Of a stretch of DNA of 27,999 nucleotides, positions 1-9,877 are shown piece by piece. The first letter of the stretch is position 1. Every line of letters begins with the position of its first letter. This DNA is from Ginkgo biloba (taxonomy: Eukaryota > Plantae > Ginkgophyta). The DNA lies in the NCBI GenBank assembly GCA_024626585.2, contig JANKJI020000002.1, positions 184,383,501 through 184,411,499 on the forward strand. The letters are read 5' to 3'. The notes under the pieces were generated by a model. It did not search any database, had not been told where the DNA came from, and saw only the letters and a program-made list of their open reading frames with translations. A program made the translations under genes and the position numbers.

Positions 1-477
1 ATAGAATTGAGACTAATATACATAAGTGATACAATAGTTGGCCAGTTACAATTGTACAAATGCCTTTCATACAAAAAAATAAGAAAATTACAAAGACAAG
101 TAAAAAAGCATTACTTTGCTTAATTGAAAAAAAATTATATTAATGTAGATTGCACGAATTATCAACGAGTCTCTATTCACCTTAATAATGTCATTCTTTG
201 TGCCATAGAAAATAACATCATTTCCATCTAGAAGACTAGTGATTTTATTACCAAATGAGAAGTTGGTGGCTTTCTGTAGCTTTTCTCTTAGCCAAAATTG
301 ATATAAAACATCAAAATCATAAAAACATTCCATTAGAGGAAATTTTTTAATGCAAATTTATCTAGAGTTTGGTGTGAGCATTTTCAGTTATAGCTCACAC
401 TTTGATGCTGTAATTAACAACGAGCTAGGACAGTTGCTTGGAGTAGTCTACAACAACTTGGAAAGTTAGGCAACAAT

Positions 478-903
478 TAACTTTTAGTTGTAACAACCTC
501 TAGAGAATAAACTGGAGCCACCACAACATATAAGAAGTAGAATTCACTAGGCATTATTGTTGAGAGAATTTTTCAAGTATGGGAGGAGTGAAAGAAATCT
601 CTATAGAGCATATTAGAGAATACCATATGAGCCATCATGCAGTTACAAGCAGTGAGTGCTACTTCTTAAAATGCATTGGGTTTATAACTTGGAGTATATA
701 TTCCCTCATTCCTCAATTAAATGGAAGAGATTGAGCAAGTTGTGTTGTCATAACATTTAGAACCTCTAACTTATTTTGATCATGTTATAGGTTGCAAGTT
801 TTAGAATTAAATGTTTGTTTATTCTTTCTCTATACACAATTTTCTCTTGATTCCTTTTCTTTTTCTTTGAAATTTCTATCCTCTGTAATTTTTTTTGATA
901 ATA
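478..903 (+). repeat. 3' part of the 5' LTR of Ty1/copia copy A (true start unresolved, may lie upstream of the window)
   Basis: Lies directly upstream of the PBS at 904. Shares blocks with the region upstream of copy B: 480-513 vs 2731-2765 (agtt..aacaacctct.gagaataaact), 558-618 vs 2832-2891, and the pyrimidine-rich end 835-903 vs 3124-3195. Confidence 0.6.
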
Positions 904-917
904 GGTTATGGGCCCAC
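904..917 (+). promoter_or_regulatory. Primer-binding site complementary to the anticodon arm of plant tRNA-iMet (half-tRNA primer), copia copy A
   Basis: GGTTATGGGCCCAC is the exact reverse complement of GTGGGCCCATAACC in plant initiator tRNA-Met. It sits 8 nt before the gag start. Confidence 0.9.
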
Positions 918-925
918 ATATAGAT

Positions 926-1748
926 ATAGGTGAAAGTTTAAGGATCATTGGGAAATTTGGTATTGAGAACTACCCTCACTAGAAGTTCAAGATGAGGATG
1001 GTGATGATCAAGGACGACATGTGGAGTGTGGTCGTTGATGATGGAGGTGTAAGGTCATAAGAAGAGAAGAAAAAGTTTAAAGTAAAGGATCAAAAGGATT
1101 TAGTACCCATATTATTAAACATAAAAGATTCACAACTTGGATTTATTTGTTTTGCTACCACCTCTCGACAAGATTAGAATCTATTGGAGCAACATTATAA
1201 GATGAAGAGTCTTGAATATTCTAAGGAAGAAAATTATTCACTTTTAAATGAGTGAAGGTGATAGCATATTTTATCATATCAACAAGATAAATATGACTAA
1301 AGAGTAGTTGGAATCCATGGATACAAATCTCTTTGAAAGAAGTCGTCAATATTATGAAACTTTTATAAAGTCTACTAAGAACTTACAATAATTTGATTAT
1401 CTCTGTTGAGGCAAGGGATGATGATCTAAAGTTGGAATTTGTGTGTACTTGTATTCTACATGAGAAGACACAAAGGATAGAGACTGTATACTCTTCTAAG
1501 GAAGAATTAAATTTTCTTGTAAATAATAAAGATGAAAAGAAGGTAATGAAGGAGAATAAGACCATGATATGCTTTTACTATAGAAGGCCAAGACATATGG
1601 GTCATTACTATAAGAAGAAGAAGGATAAATTGTGAAGTAATAAGAATGGAAAGCAATCCAAGAGAGATGATAAAGAAAGGGTTATGGCCACTAAAGAGAT
1701 TGAAAACTTATTTGTATCAATAATTGGATCAAATCTATAAGATACATG
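926..1748 (+). pseudogene. gag: Ty1/copia gag remnant (copy A), cut off by an N gap
   Basis: Start codon decayed to ATA. Reads IIGKFGIENYPH*KFKMRMVMIKDDMWSVV (copia gag N-terminus) and has a decayed knuckle MICFYYRRPRHMGHYYKKK. Co-linear with 3218-4028. Many stops and frameshifts. Confidence 0.9.
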
Positions 1749-2228
1749 NNNNNNNNNNNNNNNNNNNNNNNNNNNNNNNNNNNNNNNNNNNNNNNNNNNN
1801 NNNNNNNNNNNNNNNNNNNNNNNNNNNNNNNNNNNNNNNNNNNNNNNNCACCTTCCTAATTATCTCTCTCTCACTTGCATGCACGAGTGTACGCACACAT
1901 TCATTCATGTTGGTTTTAAAATATTTTAATTCAATTTCCTAAAATTCTCTAAAGAATAGAACTACAAGTATTCCAACAAGCTAGTGAAATTGTTAAATAG
2001 GTAGCATTCTAGAAGGTTTATTACAATAGTAAAAGATGCAATATAACTCAATGTTATACTATTAAAGGAGATTCCACAAGGAAGTTCTCTTCTTCACATT
2101 TCAACGATGCAATTTTAGCAACATTGTTCTTCAGTTGGGTTTTTTGGGGGCCATTTATAAGATAAGTGATACTGAGGAATCAAAGAAAGTAATCATTGAA
2201 ATTGAACATCTATAATTCCTATGGGAGA

Positions 2229-3195
2229 TGTTGGAATACAGTTACAACTCATACTTTGAACTATTGTTATTCACAGTCTATTATGTGAGAGTTAAAACGC
2301 AGTCCCATGGTGCAGGAAACAGGAACAGAAAGGACAGAGATTTCTTGCACAACGGGTCACATGAGAATTTTTTAGCAAGCGACTACTTAAATTTTCAGAA
2401 AATGTGGAGTGACCAAGCATTTTTCAGCTTCCTGCAAAATACAGGGGCTACATTTTTCTCCTACAGTTTAGGGGATTTGTATTGACATCTGTGAGTGATT
2501 TTTAGTTGTTGCATGAATTCAAATCTCTTCTCTTCAATATTTTCCTGGCTATTTTCGATTTTTTCTATTTGTTACTATTTATTTCCGGTTTGCTCGTGAA
2601 CTTATTTTCTAAAAAATTTCCATGTGACTGCGATTTCAAGAAACTTGGTCTGCATACTTCTAAAATTATGGAGCATTGCAGGCTGGAAAACTTTCCTGCT
2701 CCTGCCGCATGTGACCGTGCTCTTAACGACCACCTTCAGTTACAACAACCTCTTGAGAATAAACTCCAAAATGTGGAGATGCCGTATGTTGCATGGGTTC
2801 TTTTAAGAACTTATATTCAATAGAGATTGGCTATGAGAGAATTATTTAGTGTGTGGAAGAAGAAGAAAAAGCCTCGTAGAGCATGTTAGAGGTTTTGGGT
2901 CTTGGGGGTTTCCCACTTCATGAAATACTATTAATACCTCTTCATCTCCATCACTTCCAAGTCTAGGCATTTCTTCCTGGCTTATACCAGGAGTCCTTTT
3001 TGTTCATCTCTTAATACAGTGAGAAGGAATTTTGTTTCACCTATCACATCTTGGACAACATTCTTTGGTGGCCTGTGAACCTCTCTGCTCTTGAAATCAT
3101 TTCCCACATTGGTTTGATTTGTAAACATTTTCTCTCTTTATTCCTTTTCTTTTTCTTGTGAAAATTTTGTGTTGTGCAATTTTTTTTTTATTATA
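2229..3195 (+). repeat. Probable 5' LTR of Ty1/copia copy B
   Basis: Candidate start TGTTGGAATA at 2229 and end adjacent to the PBS at 3196. Shares blocks with the copy A LTR. No 3' LTR or TSD is available to confirm the left boundary. Confidence 0.5.
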
Positions 3196-3209
3196 GGTTA
3201 CGGGCCCAC
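3196..3209 (+). promoter_or_regulatory. Half-tRNA-iMet primer-binding site, copia copy B
   Basis: GGTTACGGGCCCAC, 13/14 match to the motif at 904-917, 8 nt before ATG 3218. Confidence 0.88.
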
Positions 3210-3217
3210 ATACAGAC

Positions 3218-6000
3218 ATGGGTGAAACTTTAAGAATCATTGAGAAATTTTGTCGTGAGAACTACCAAGACGATGATGGTGTTGATCAAGGACGAGTTGC
3301 AGAGTGTGGTCGTTGATGACGGAGGTGCAAAGACAAAAGAAGAGAAGAAAAAGTTCAAAGTGAAGGATCAAAAGGATTTAGCATCCATGTGCTTGAAGCT
3401 ACAATATTCGTAACTTGGACTTGTTTGTTCTGCTATAACCTCAAAGTCAGCTTGGAATATGTTGGACCAACATCATGAGATGAAGAGTCTTGTTCTTTGA
3501 CTATTCTTATGGAGAAAATTCTTTACTTTTTGGATGAGTGAAGAAGACAACATGATTGATCACATCAATAAGGTCAAGATGATGGCAGAGTAGCTGGAAG
3601 CCATATATGCATCTCTAAAAGAAGACAACATTGTTATGAAACTTGTGTGCACTCTACTATAAACCTACAACAATTTCATTGTATCCCTTGAATCAAGCGC
3701 TAATGATCTAAAGGTGGACTTTGTGTGTGCTTATCTTCTATATGAGAAGACATGAAGAAAGCGAGTTAGACATTCTTCTAAGGAAGAATAAGCTTTTCTT
3801 GTAAAGAAGAAAGAGGAAAAGAAGGAAAGGAGGGAGAAGAATCCCATGATATGCTTCTATTATGAAAACCTAGGTCACATGGCTCATGATTGCAAGAAGA
3901 AGAAAGTTGATTTGTAGAGCAAGAATGATGGAAAGGAATCCAAGAAATATTTTAAGAAAGGGTTTTAGTTGTTGAAGGGATTGAACACTTGTTTGTATCA
4001 ACAATTGGATCAACTCTAGAAGTTGCATGGTATATTGATTCTAGAGCATCACAACATATTATAACTCAAAAGAAGTGGTTTGGTTATGTCCAAAAAATCA
4101 AACCAAGAAGAACTTTGATGGGAGATGACTCAACTGTCATAATAGTTGAAATGGGGTAAGTTTGAGTAAAGCTCAAAGGAAGTGGAGAACACTTGTTTGT
4201 ATCAACAATTAGATCAATGCTAGAAGTTGCATGGTATATTGACTACGGAGCATCGCAACATATAATAGCTTAAAAGAAGTGGTTTGGTTACATCCAACAA
4301 ATCAAACCAAGAAGAATTTTGATGGGAGATGACTCAACTAGCACAACAATTGAAATGGGGTAAGTTTGATTAAAGCTCAAAGGAAGTGGAGGTAACTTAG
4401 TAAAGGGGATCTTCCAAGAGGTTCTATATGCCCCAAACATTGTAAAAAATCTATTTTCTATAAGTAAGATGAAAAATCAAGGTCTTCATATAATTTTTTG
4501 TGGGAAGAATTACAAAATTTTAGACCAACAATGGAATCCCTTTGCATATAGAGTTAAGGAGAGTAATCTTTACAAGTTACTCTATGTGCACACCAGAAAG
4601 GAGGAGAGTGCAAGTGTAGCAACTTATCCAATTGGAGTCACCATGTGGCATCAATGGTTCAGGAATTTGAGTGAACAAAATCTGAGAATCTTGGAAGAAA
4701 AGGATATGAGTATTGGCATGAAGTTGGAAGATCGAAGCAAGTTGTCGTTGTGTAAAGGATGTGTGCATGAGAAGCAACACGATGGGCCTTTTTCCACTGA
4801 AGGAGGCAAATGTATGGAGGAAGTGTTAATTTTGATCCACACATATCTACATGGTCCCGAAGACAACATCAATTAGTGAAGCACGCTATTTCATCACATT
4901 CATTGATGATAAGACTCGAAAAACTTTTTTTTATTTCTTGAAGACAAAGGATGATGCTTTTTCTAAATTACAAGTGTTTCAAGCTATTATGTTAGAGAAA
5001 GAGACATGAAATAAGATTAAGATCATTTATTCTAATGGAGGTGGGGAGTACACCTCAAGGGAGTTTGTCAACTATTAAGCAAAATAGGGTACCAAGCACC
5101 AAATTTCTACTTGAGACTCAACAACCCATAAGAGTTGTTGAGCGAATGAATTGCACGTTGGTAGAAAAGACATGAAACATGCTCCATGCNNNNNNNNNNT
5201 AATGGGATTAGAGTTTTGGAATAAATCTATCTCTATAGCAGCATCCTTACGAAATTTGAGTCCTATAAAATCTGTGATGGAGATAATACCAAATGAAGCT
5301 TGGTTGGGTAAGAAACCTTTAGTTTCACACTTCAATTTCTTGGATGTCATGCCTATGCATATGCCTCAAAAGAACATATACTAAGTTGGATCCGAAGACT
5401 ATGAAGTGTATCTTCCTTGACTACTACACAGATAATAAAGCATACAAGTTGATCAACCCTGAGACAAAGCAAGTCATCAAAATTCAAGATGTGATCTTCA
5501 ATGAAGAGAATCGGGAGTTCACATTCTATCCTCTCAAGAAGCAAGATGAAGAGTAGAGTTCAAAAGCTTCATCGATATAAGAAGAGCCATAGTTGCAGAA
5601 AATAGAAGAATAAGTGGAACCAAAGTTGGAAGTAGTTGAAGAGTGCATTCCCCCATTAAGGTGTTCAACTCTAGAAAAGAAACCTTCGACAAGATTTGTA
5701 GATTATGAGATGAATGATAGCATTGCCATTATTTCTGAACCTCATAGTTTTAATGAATCTTTATCCAAAGATGATGTGAAGAAGTGGGAGGATTCCATGG
5801 AAGAAGCATTTGGTTCATTGATGAAGAATAAGACTTGGATGTTGACCAAGTTACCTCAAGGATGCAAGGTAGTTGATTTCAAGTGGGTGTAATGAATCAA
5901 ATGTAATGTATATGGAGAAGTAGAGAGGTACAAAGAAAGGTTGGTTTATAAAGGATATTTTCAAACTACACAAGTTGATTTTAATGAATCTTTTTCACTG
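3218..6000 (+). mobile_element. gag-pol: Ty1/copia gag-pol pseudogene (copy B): gag, zinc knuckle, protease (duplicated), GAG-pre-integrase, integrase, start of RT; 3'-truncated
   Basis: MGETLRIIEKF at 3218; CFYYENLGHMAHDC at 3852; WYIDSRASQH at 4028 and WYIDYGASQH at 4232; WHQWFRN..CKGCVHEKQ at ~4645-4775; RYFITFIDDKTRKT and SNGGGEY at ~4885-5050; KLDPKTMKCIFLDY..KAYKL..DVIFNE at ~5383-5505; EP.SF.E..W..SMEEAFGSLMKNKTW..LP.G.K..KWV and ERYKERLVYKGYFQ..DFNESFS at ~5737-5998. INT-before-RT order is diagnostic of copia. Numerous stops. Confidence 0.95.
3983..4390 (+). repeat. Tandem duplication, 2 x 204 bp, covering the protease catalytic core
   Basis: Unit 1 3983-4186 and unit 2 4187-4390 both begin gaacacttgtttgtatcaacaatt and end aagctcaaaggaagtgga. 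About 20-25 substitutions by eye and no indels. Confidence 0.95.
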
Positions 6001-6006
6001 AAACAT

Positions 6007-6388
6007 ATCCTCCCACTTCTTTGAATCATCTTTGGATAAAGATTCATTAAAATTTTAAGGTTAAAAAATAATGGCAATGATAGTTCTCATTTCATAATCT
6101 ATAAACATTTCAAGGGTTTCCTTTCTTGAGTTGAATGCCTTAATGTTGGAATGCACTTTTCAACTACTTCTAAATCTAGTTCTTCTTCTTCTTCTATTTT
6201 TTGGAACTATGTATTTTATTCTATTGATGAAGCTTTTGAACTCTTCTCTTTATATTACTTTTCTAGAGGATATAATGTGAACTCTTTATTCTCTTCATTT
6301 AAGGTAACATCTTTACTTCTAATGAATTTATTTGTCTCAATATTAAACAACATGTATGCCTTCTTATTTGTGTATTGGCCAAGGAAGA
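6007..6388 (-). mobile_element. Inverted fragment of the same copia family (integrase C-terminus to pre-RT linker)
   Basis: Diverged reverse complement of 5411-5793, e.g. 6007 atcctcccacttc vs 5781 gaagtgggaggat; 6027 catctttggataaagattcattaaaa vs 5748 ttttaatgaatctttatccaaagatg; 6226 gatgaagcttttgaactc vs 5556 gagttcaaaagcttcatc. Confidence 0.92.
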
Positions 6389-6403
6389 AGAGTTTAGTTC
6401 ATT

Positions 6404-6953
6404 ATTTAACTCTTTTATATTCAAGTTTAGTATTCTTGCCTTATAAAATATTTCATAAGTCTATTCATTGTAGATTGTAGTACTTTCTTATGGTCAAATG
6501 CACCATCTATTTATAGACATATGATCTATCTACCTTACTCCTAAATTGATCCTTCCAATTTTTCCTAGATTCTAACTGTCAAGTCAGTATTCATTTCGTA
6601 CTTCTTCCTATANNNNNNNNNNNNNNNNNNNNNNNNNNNNNNNNNNNNNNNNNNNNNNNNNNNNNNNNNNNNNNNNNNNNNNNNNNNNNNNNNNNNNNNN
6701 NNNNNNNNNNNNTGTATGCCATATGATCTGTTATGAACCTGACAATGGAACCAATGTTTAACTCTTTTCTAGCTAAGTTTAGTATTCTTGCATTGCAAAC
6801 TATTCACCAATCTATTCAGTGCAGACTACGGTGCTCTCTTATGATCGAATGTCCCGACTATTTATAAGCAAACGATCTATCTACCTTGCTCCGAGACCAA
6901 TCTTTTCTACGTTCTAACTGTCAAGTCAGATTTCACTATGGATTTCTTCCTAC
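6404..6953. repeat. Diverged direct repeat (~200 bp x 2) on either side of an N gap; non-coding, probably LTR/UTR-derived
   Basis: 6404-6612 vs 6757-6953 share tttaactctttt, aagtttagtattcttgc, gatctatctacctt and ttctaactgtcaagtcag in the same order. Confidence 0.8.
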
Positions 6954-7829
6954 AAGGCATCAAAACATTTGCATACAACCAAGTATTATCGCACATCAAT
7001 AAATCACATATATAAAGATTAGTTTGGGAAATAAACAATAATTCATTCATTCAAAAATAAATAATACATAAAATCACACTTGATTCTCACCCCCTTGGGG
7101 CTATTTATAACATCTACTTATATGCCAATATCCTTTTATAAAACTCAACGAAGGAAACATTCCCACCAATAGTCCTTTCCTATCAAATCATAATACAATT
7201 AACATGTTGTTCTAATTATGGGCATGCCTCATCACCCCTAAATATTCTAGTACACACCATATGCATGATATGATTATTTATTATAAAACCTCCCTTACAT
7301 TATTTGTTCCACATAATTAGGGTTGTGATGAGGGTGTTAATGTGGATGGGTGAGCTAACACCTTGAATAGTTATGCTTGGTGGTAAATGTATTGGATTTG
7401 ATCATGGAGGAGCTTTAGGGGATCTATTTTGGCATCCATCGAACAAGCAAGAGAATAATTCCCATTTGAGTTATGCAAGCTACACTAACAACATATGAAT
7501 ATCTTTCTTTGTAATGGGAGTTTCTCTTTGGAGTGTTTATATTATCTCAGCTAATTCTTCCTTCATATGTGTCTTGAGATCTCATGAAGTATTCCTTTGG
7601 GGACCCTCATTAGGTATGAGGATCTCATGTTACTTATATAGTTCGTATTTTTCATGGAGTAAGGTGAATTCATTCTCTGCTATCCTATATGACATCAAAA
7701 AATGGTCAAGCTCATCATTCTTCATATCCATTGGAAAGGATTGGGCATCAAGAACATCTAAGTAGTTGAGAATCTATGTTTCTTATGTAGTGGCCTCTAG
7801 TGTCTATGGTATGATCACTTTGACCCAGT

Positions 7830-8583
7830 TCAAATTGTCCCAATCTACATATTGATTTGTGGATCCAAGTCAAGGTTAGGCTTCATTCGTCATATGTTTT
7901 TGTTGGCCACTATTGTAGTATTAGGTTTCCACCAATCCAAGATCTTCACCAATGGGATTTTGAGTTCCATGTTCTTCGCTAACTTCCATAAAATTTTGAG
8001 TTTTTGCTCGTATGTCATTTTCTCTACACTGAGGTTTGGATTCTCGGGAGTTGCTTCTTGCTTAGGTTTTGAAGACTCAGCTTGTTTCCGTACACACCTT
8101 TGTTATGTTCTATTTATGTCGGATTCACTCGATCTCTTCATCTGCTTTCTTCCTTCGGAGTGTTTCCAGTAATGCCTTGGCGTTTGTAGCAACTTTTTTC
8201 TTTGCTTTCGCTTGTTTAGCTGCTTGCTTTAAGGTCTCTTTAGCTTTAACGAATCTTTCCTTTTCTAGCTTAAGGTTAGGAAAGTTTGAATCGTCTACTT
8301 TTGACTTGGTCTCTTTTTTGGACCTCGTGCATACATTGGCATTGGTGTTGTCCGTTGTTCGACTAAATAAATTGGTCGTCTTGATTTCGTATAATCGTTG
8401 GTACTGTGATTGTGAGGCCCACAATTGCTGTATACCAATTTCTTGGTTTATGGCTCGGAGCAACGATCTTCATCATGCCCCCACTTCGTACATTTAAGGC
8501 ATAAGATTGGGGGTAGGCCATTGTCGTCCACTCCTTGGCAGTTGACATTCTTTCCCTTCTTCTTTCGGTACTCGTCTCGTTTC
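7830..8583 (-). pseudogene. gag: Ty3/gypsy gag C-terminal region with two CCHC zinc knuckles, running toward the protease
   Basis: Minus frame not in the ORF track: DDNGLPPILCLKCTKWGHDEDRC (intact C-x2-C-x4-H-x4-C at 8501-8460), then YSNCGPHNHSTNDY (8432-8391, both outer Cys decayed TGY>TAY). After a frameshift ANVCTRS..FPNLKLEKERFVKAKE, then MELKIPLVKIL..DPQINM*IG. Confidence 0.75.
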
Positions 8584-8973
8584 NNNNNNNNNNNNNNNNN
8601 NNNNNNNNNNNNNNNNNNNNNNNNNNNNNNNNNNNNNNNNNNNNNNNNNNNNNNNNNNNNNNNNNNNNNNNNNNNNNNNNNNNNNNNNNNNNNNNNNNNN
8701 NNNNNNNNNNNNNNNNNNNNNNNNNNNNNNNNNNNNNNNNNNNNNNNNNNNNNNNNNNNNNNNNNNNNNNNNNNNNNNNNNNNNNNNNNNNNNNNNNNNN
8801 NNNNNNNNNNNNNNNNNNNNNNNNNNNNNNNNNNNNNNNNNNNNNNNNNNNNNNNNNNNNNNNNNNNNNNNNNNNNNNNNNNNNNNNNNNNNNNNNNNNN
8901 NNNNNNNNNNNNNNNNNNNNNNNNNNNNNNNNNNNNNNNNNNNNNNNNNNNNNNNNNNNNNNNNNNNNNNNNN

Positions 8974-9877
8974 ATGAAGTTTATCGAGTACTCTCAATTA
9001 GCAACATAGATCATGACATTGTCAAGTATCCCCTCAGGTTTCACTATGGATTGATCTACCATTTGCAGCATAGTATAGGTGGACCTCAGCCTAGAGAGCT
9101 ACAACATTTTCATAGTCTTTAGGGTCATCATGTTAATGGATGCTCTGATGTCTATTAAAACTCCTGGGATTTAAGTATGGTGGATACAAATATCAACCAA
9201 TGGAGGTCCTAGATATTCATACTTCAAGATGGGTTTCTTAAGAGGACATTTGAGGTGGCCCTAACCACATTAATTCTAGTCATACCTCTCATCTTCCTTA
9301 CCTTATTTACACATAAGTCTCTTACTTTATTTGCATAAATCAAAATATCTTTCATGGTTTAAACCAAAGGAATCTTAACAAAGAGATTCCTTAGTTATTC
9401 TTCAAAGATGAATTCAGTTCCCTCCTTCTTAGGCTATGTGTTCTCCATTCATTGAGGAAAAGGAATAATAGGGGATGTTTTGTCTATAGGGACATTATCG
9501 TCTTCTTCAAATTCTCCCACTTCCTAGATGACCACTTTATCTTTTGACTTTGACACCTGAAGTGTCAGGTCATTTATGGCTTTACCTGATCTAAGAGCAA
9601 CAAGTGCACACTGCTGCATTTCAGGGGTAACCTGCTCTATTCTATGGTTCTACATAGGCCATTAGGAATAATCATATATTTTAATCATAATTATATTATT
9701 TCTTATTAACAATTGGGTTGGGAATAACCTATGTTGGTAACATAAGTTAGGAATTTGGGGGTTATTTTTTATGTTGATTTTGATAAGAGTTAGTCAGTCT
9801 TGCTAGTTGTGGAAGACTAGGTGCATAGTTAGGTAAATAATAATTAAGTTGGTTCATGGGATTAACATAGAAATTGC
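8974..9877 (-). pseudogene. Athila-like Ty3/gypsy gag C-terminus plus aspartic protease remnant
   Basis: Minus translation gives a Q/N/P-rich segment, ALRSGK (~9580-9600), PIIPFPQ*, then KYEYLGPPLVDICI..VLIDIRASINMMT..LRSTYTMLQMVDQSIVKPEGILDNVMIYV, matching the Athila-type KxxDPG..LxDLGASIN..LQxADRS..PEGILEDV protease pattern. Confidence 0.85.

Noticed and set aside
904-917. tRNA gene fragment on the minus strand
   Set aside because: Only 14 nt match, with no cloverleaf or A/B boxes; its position identifies it as a PBS.
2210-2235. atgggaga before TGTTGG as a polypurine tract, implying a shared-LTR tandem of copies A and B
   Set aside because: Purine run is short, 1849-2228 shows no copia RNase H, and a gap prevents linking the two copies.
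2228-2823. ORFs 2228-2485, 2506-2823 and 2624-2806 as host genes
   Set aside because: Short, no recognisable motifs, and inside the probable LTR.
6151-6480. Hydrophobic 109-aa ORF resembling a membrane protein
   Set aside because: It is the antisense reading of the inverted copia fragment.
8125-8463. Lys/Ala-rich coiled-coil ORF as an env-like or novel protein downstream of the Athila-like protease
   Set aside because: An adjacent frame holds two CCHC knuckles, so it is a frameshifted gag of a separate gypsy element across the 390-N gap.
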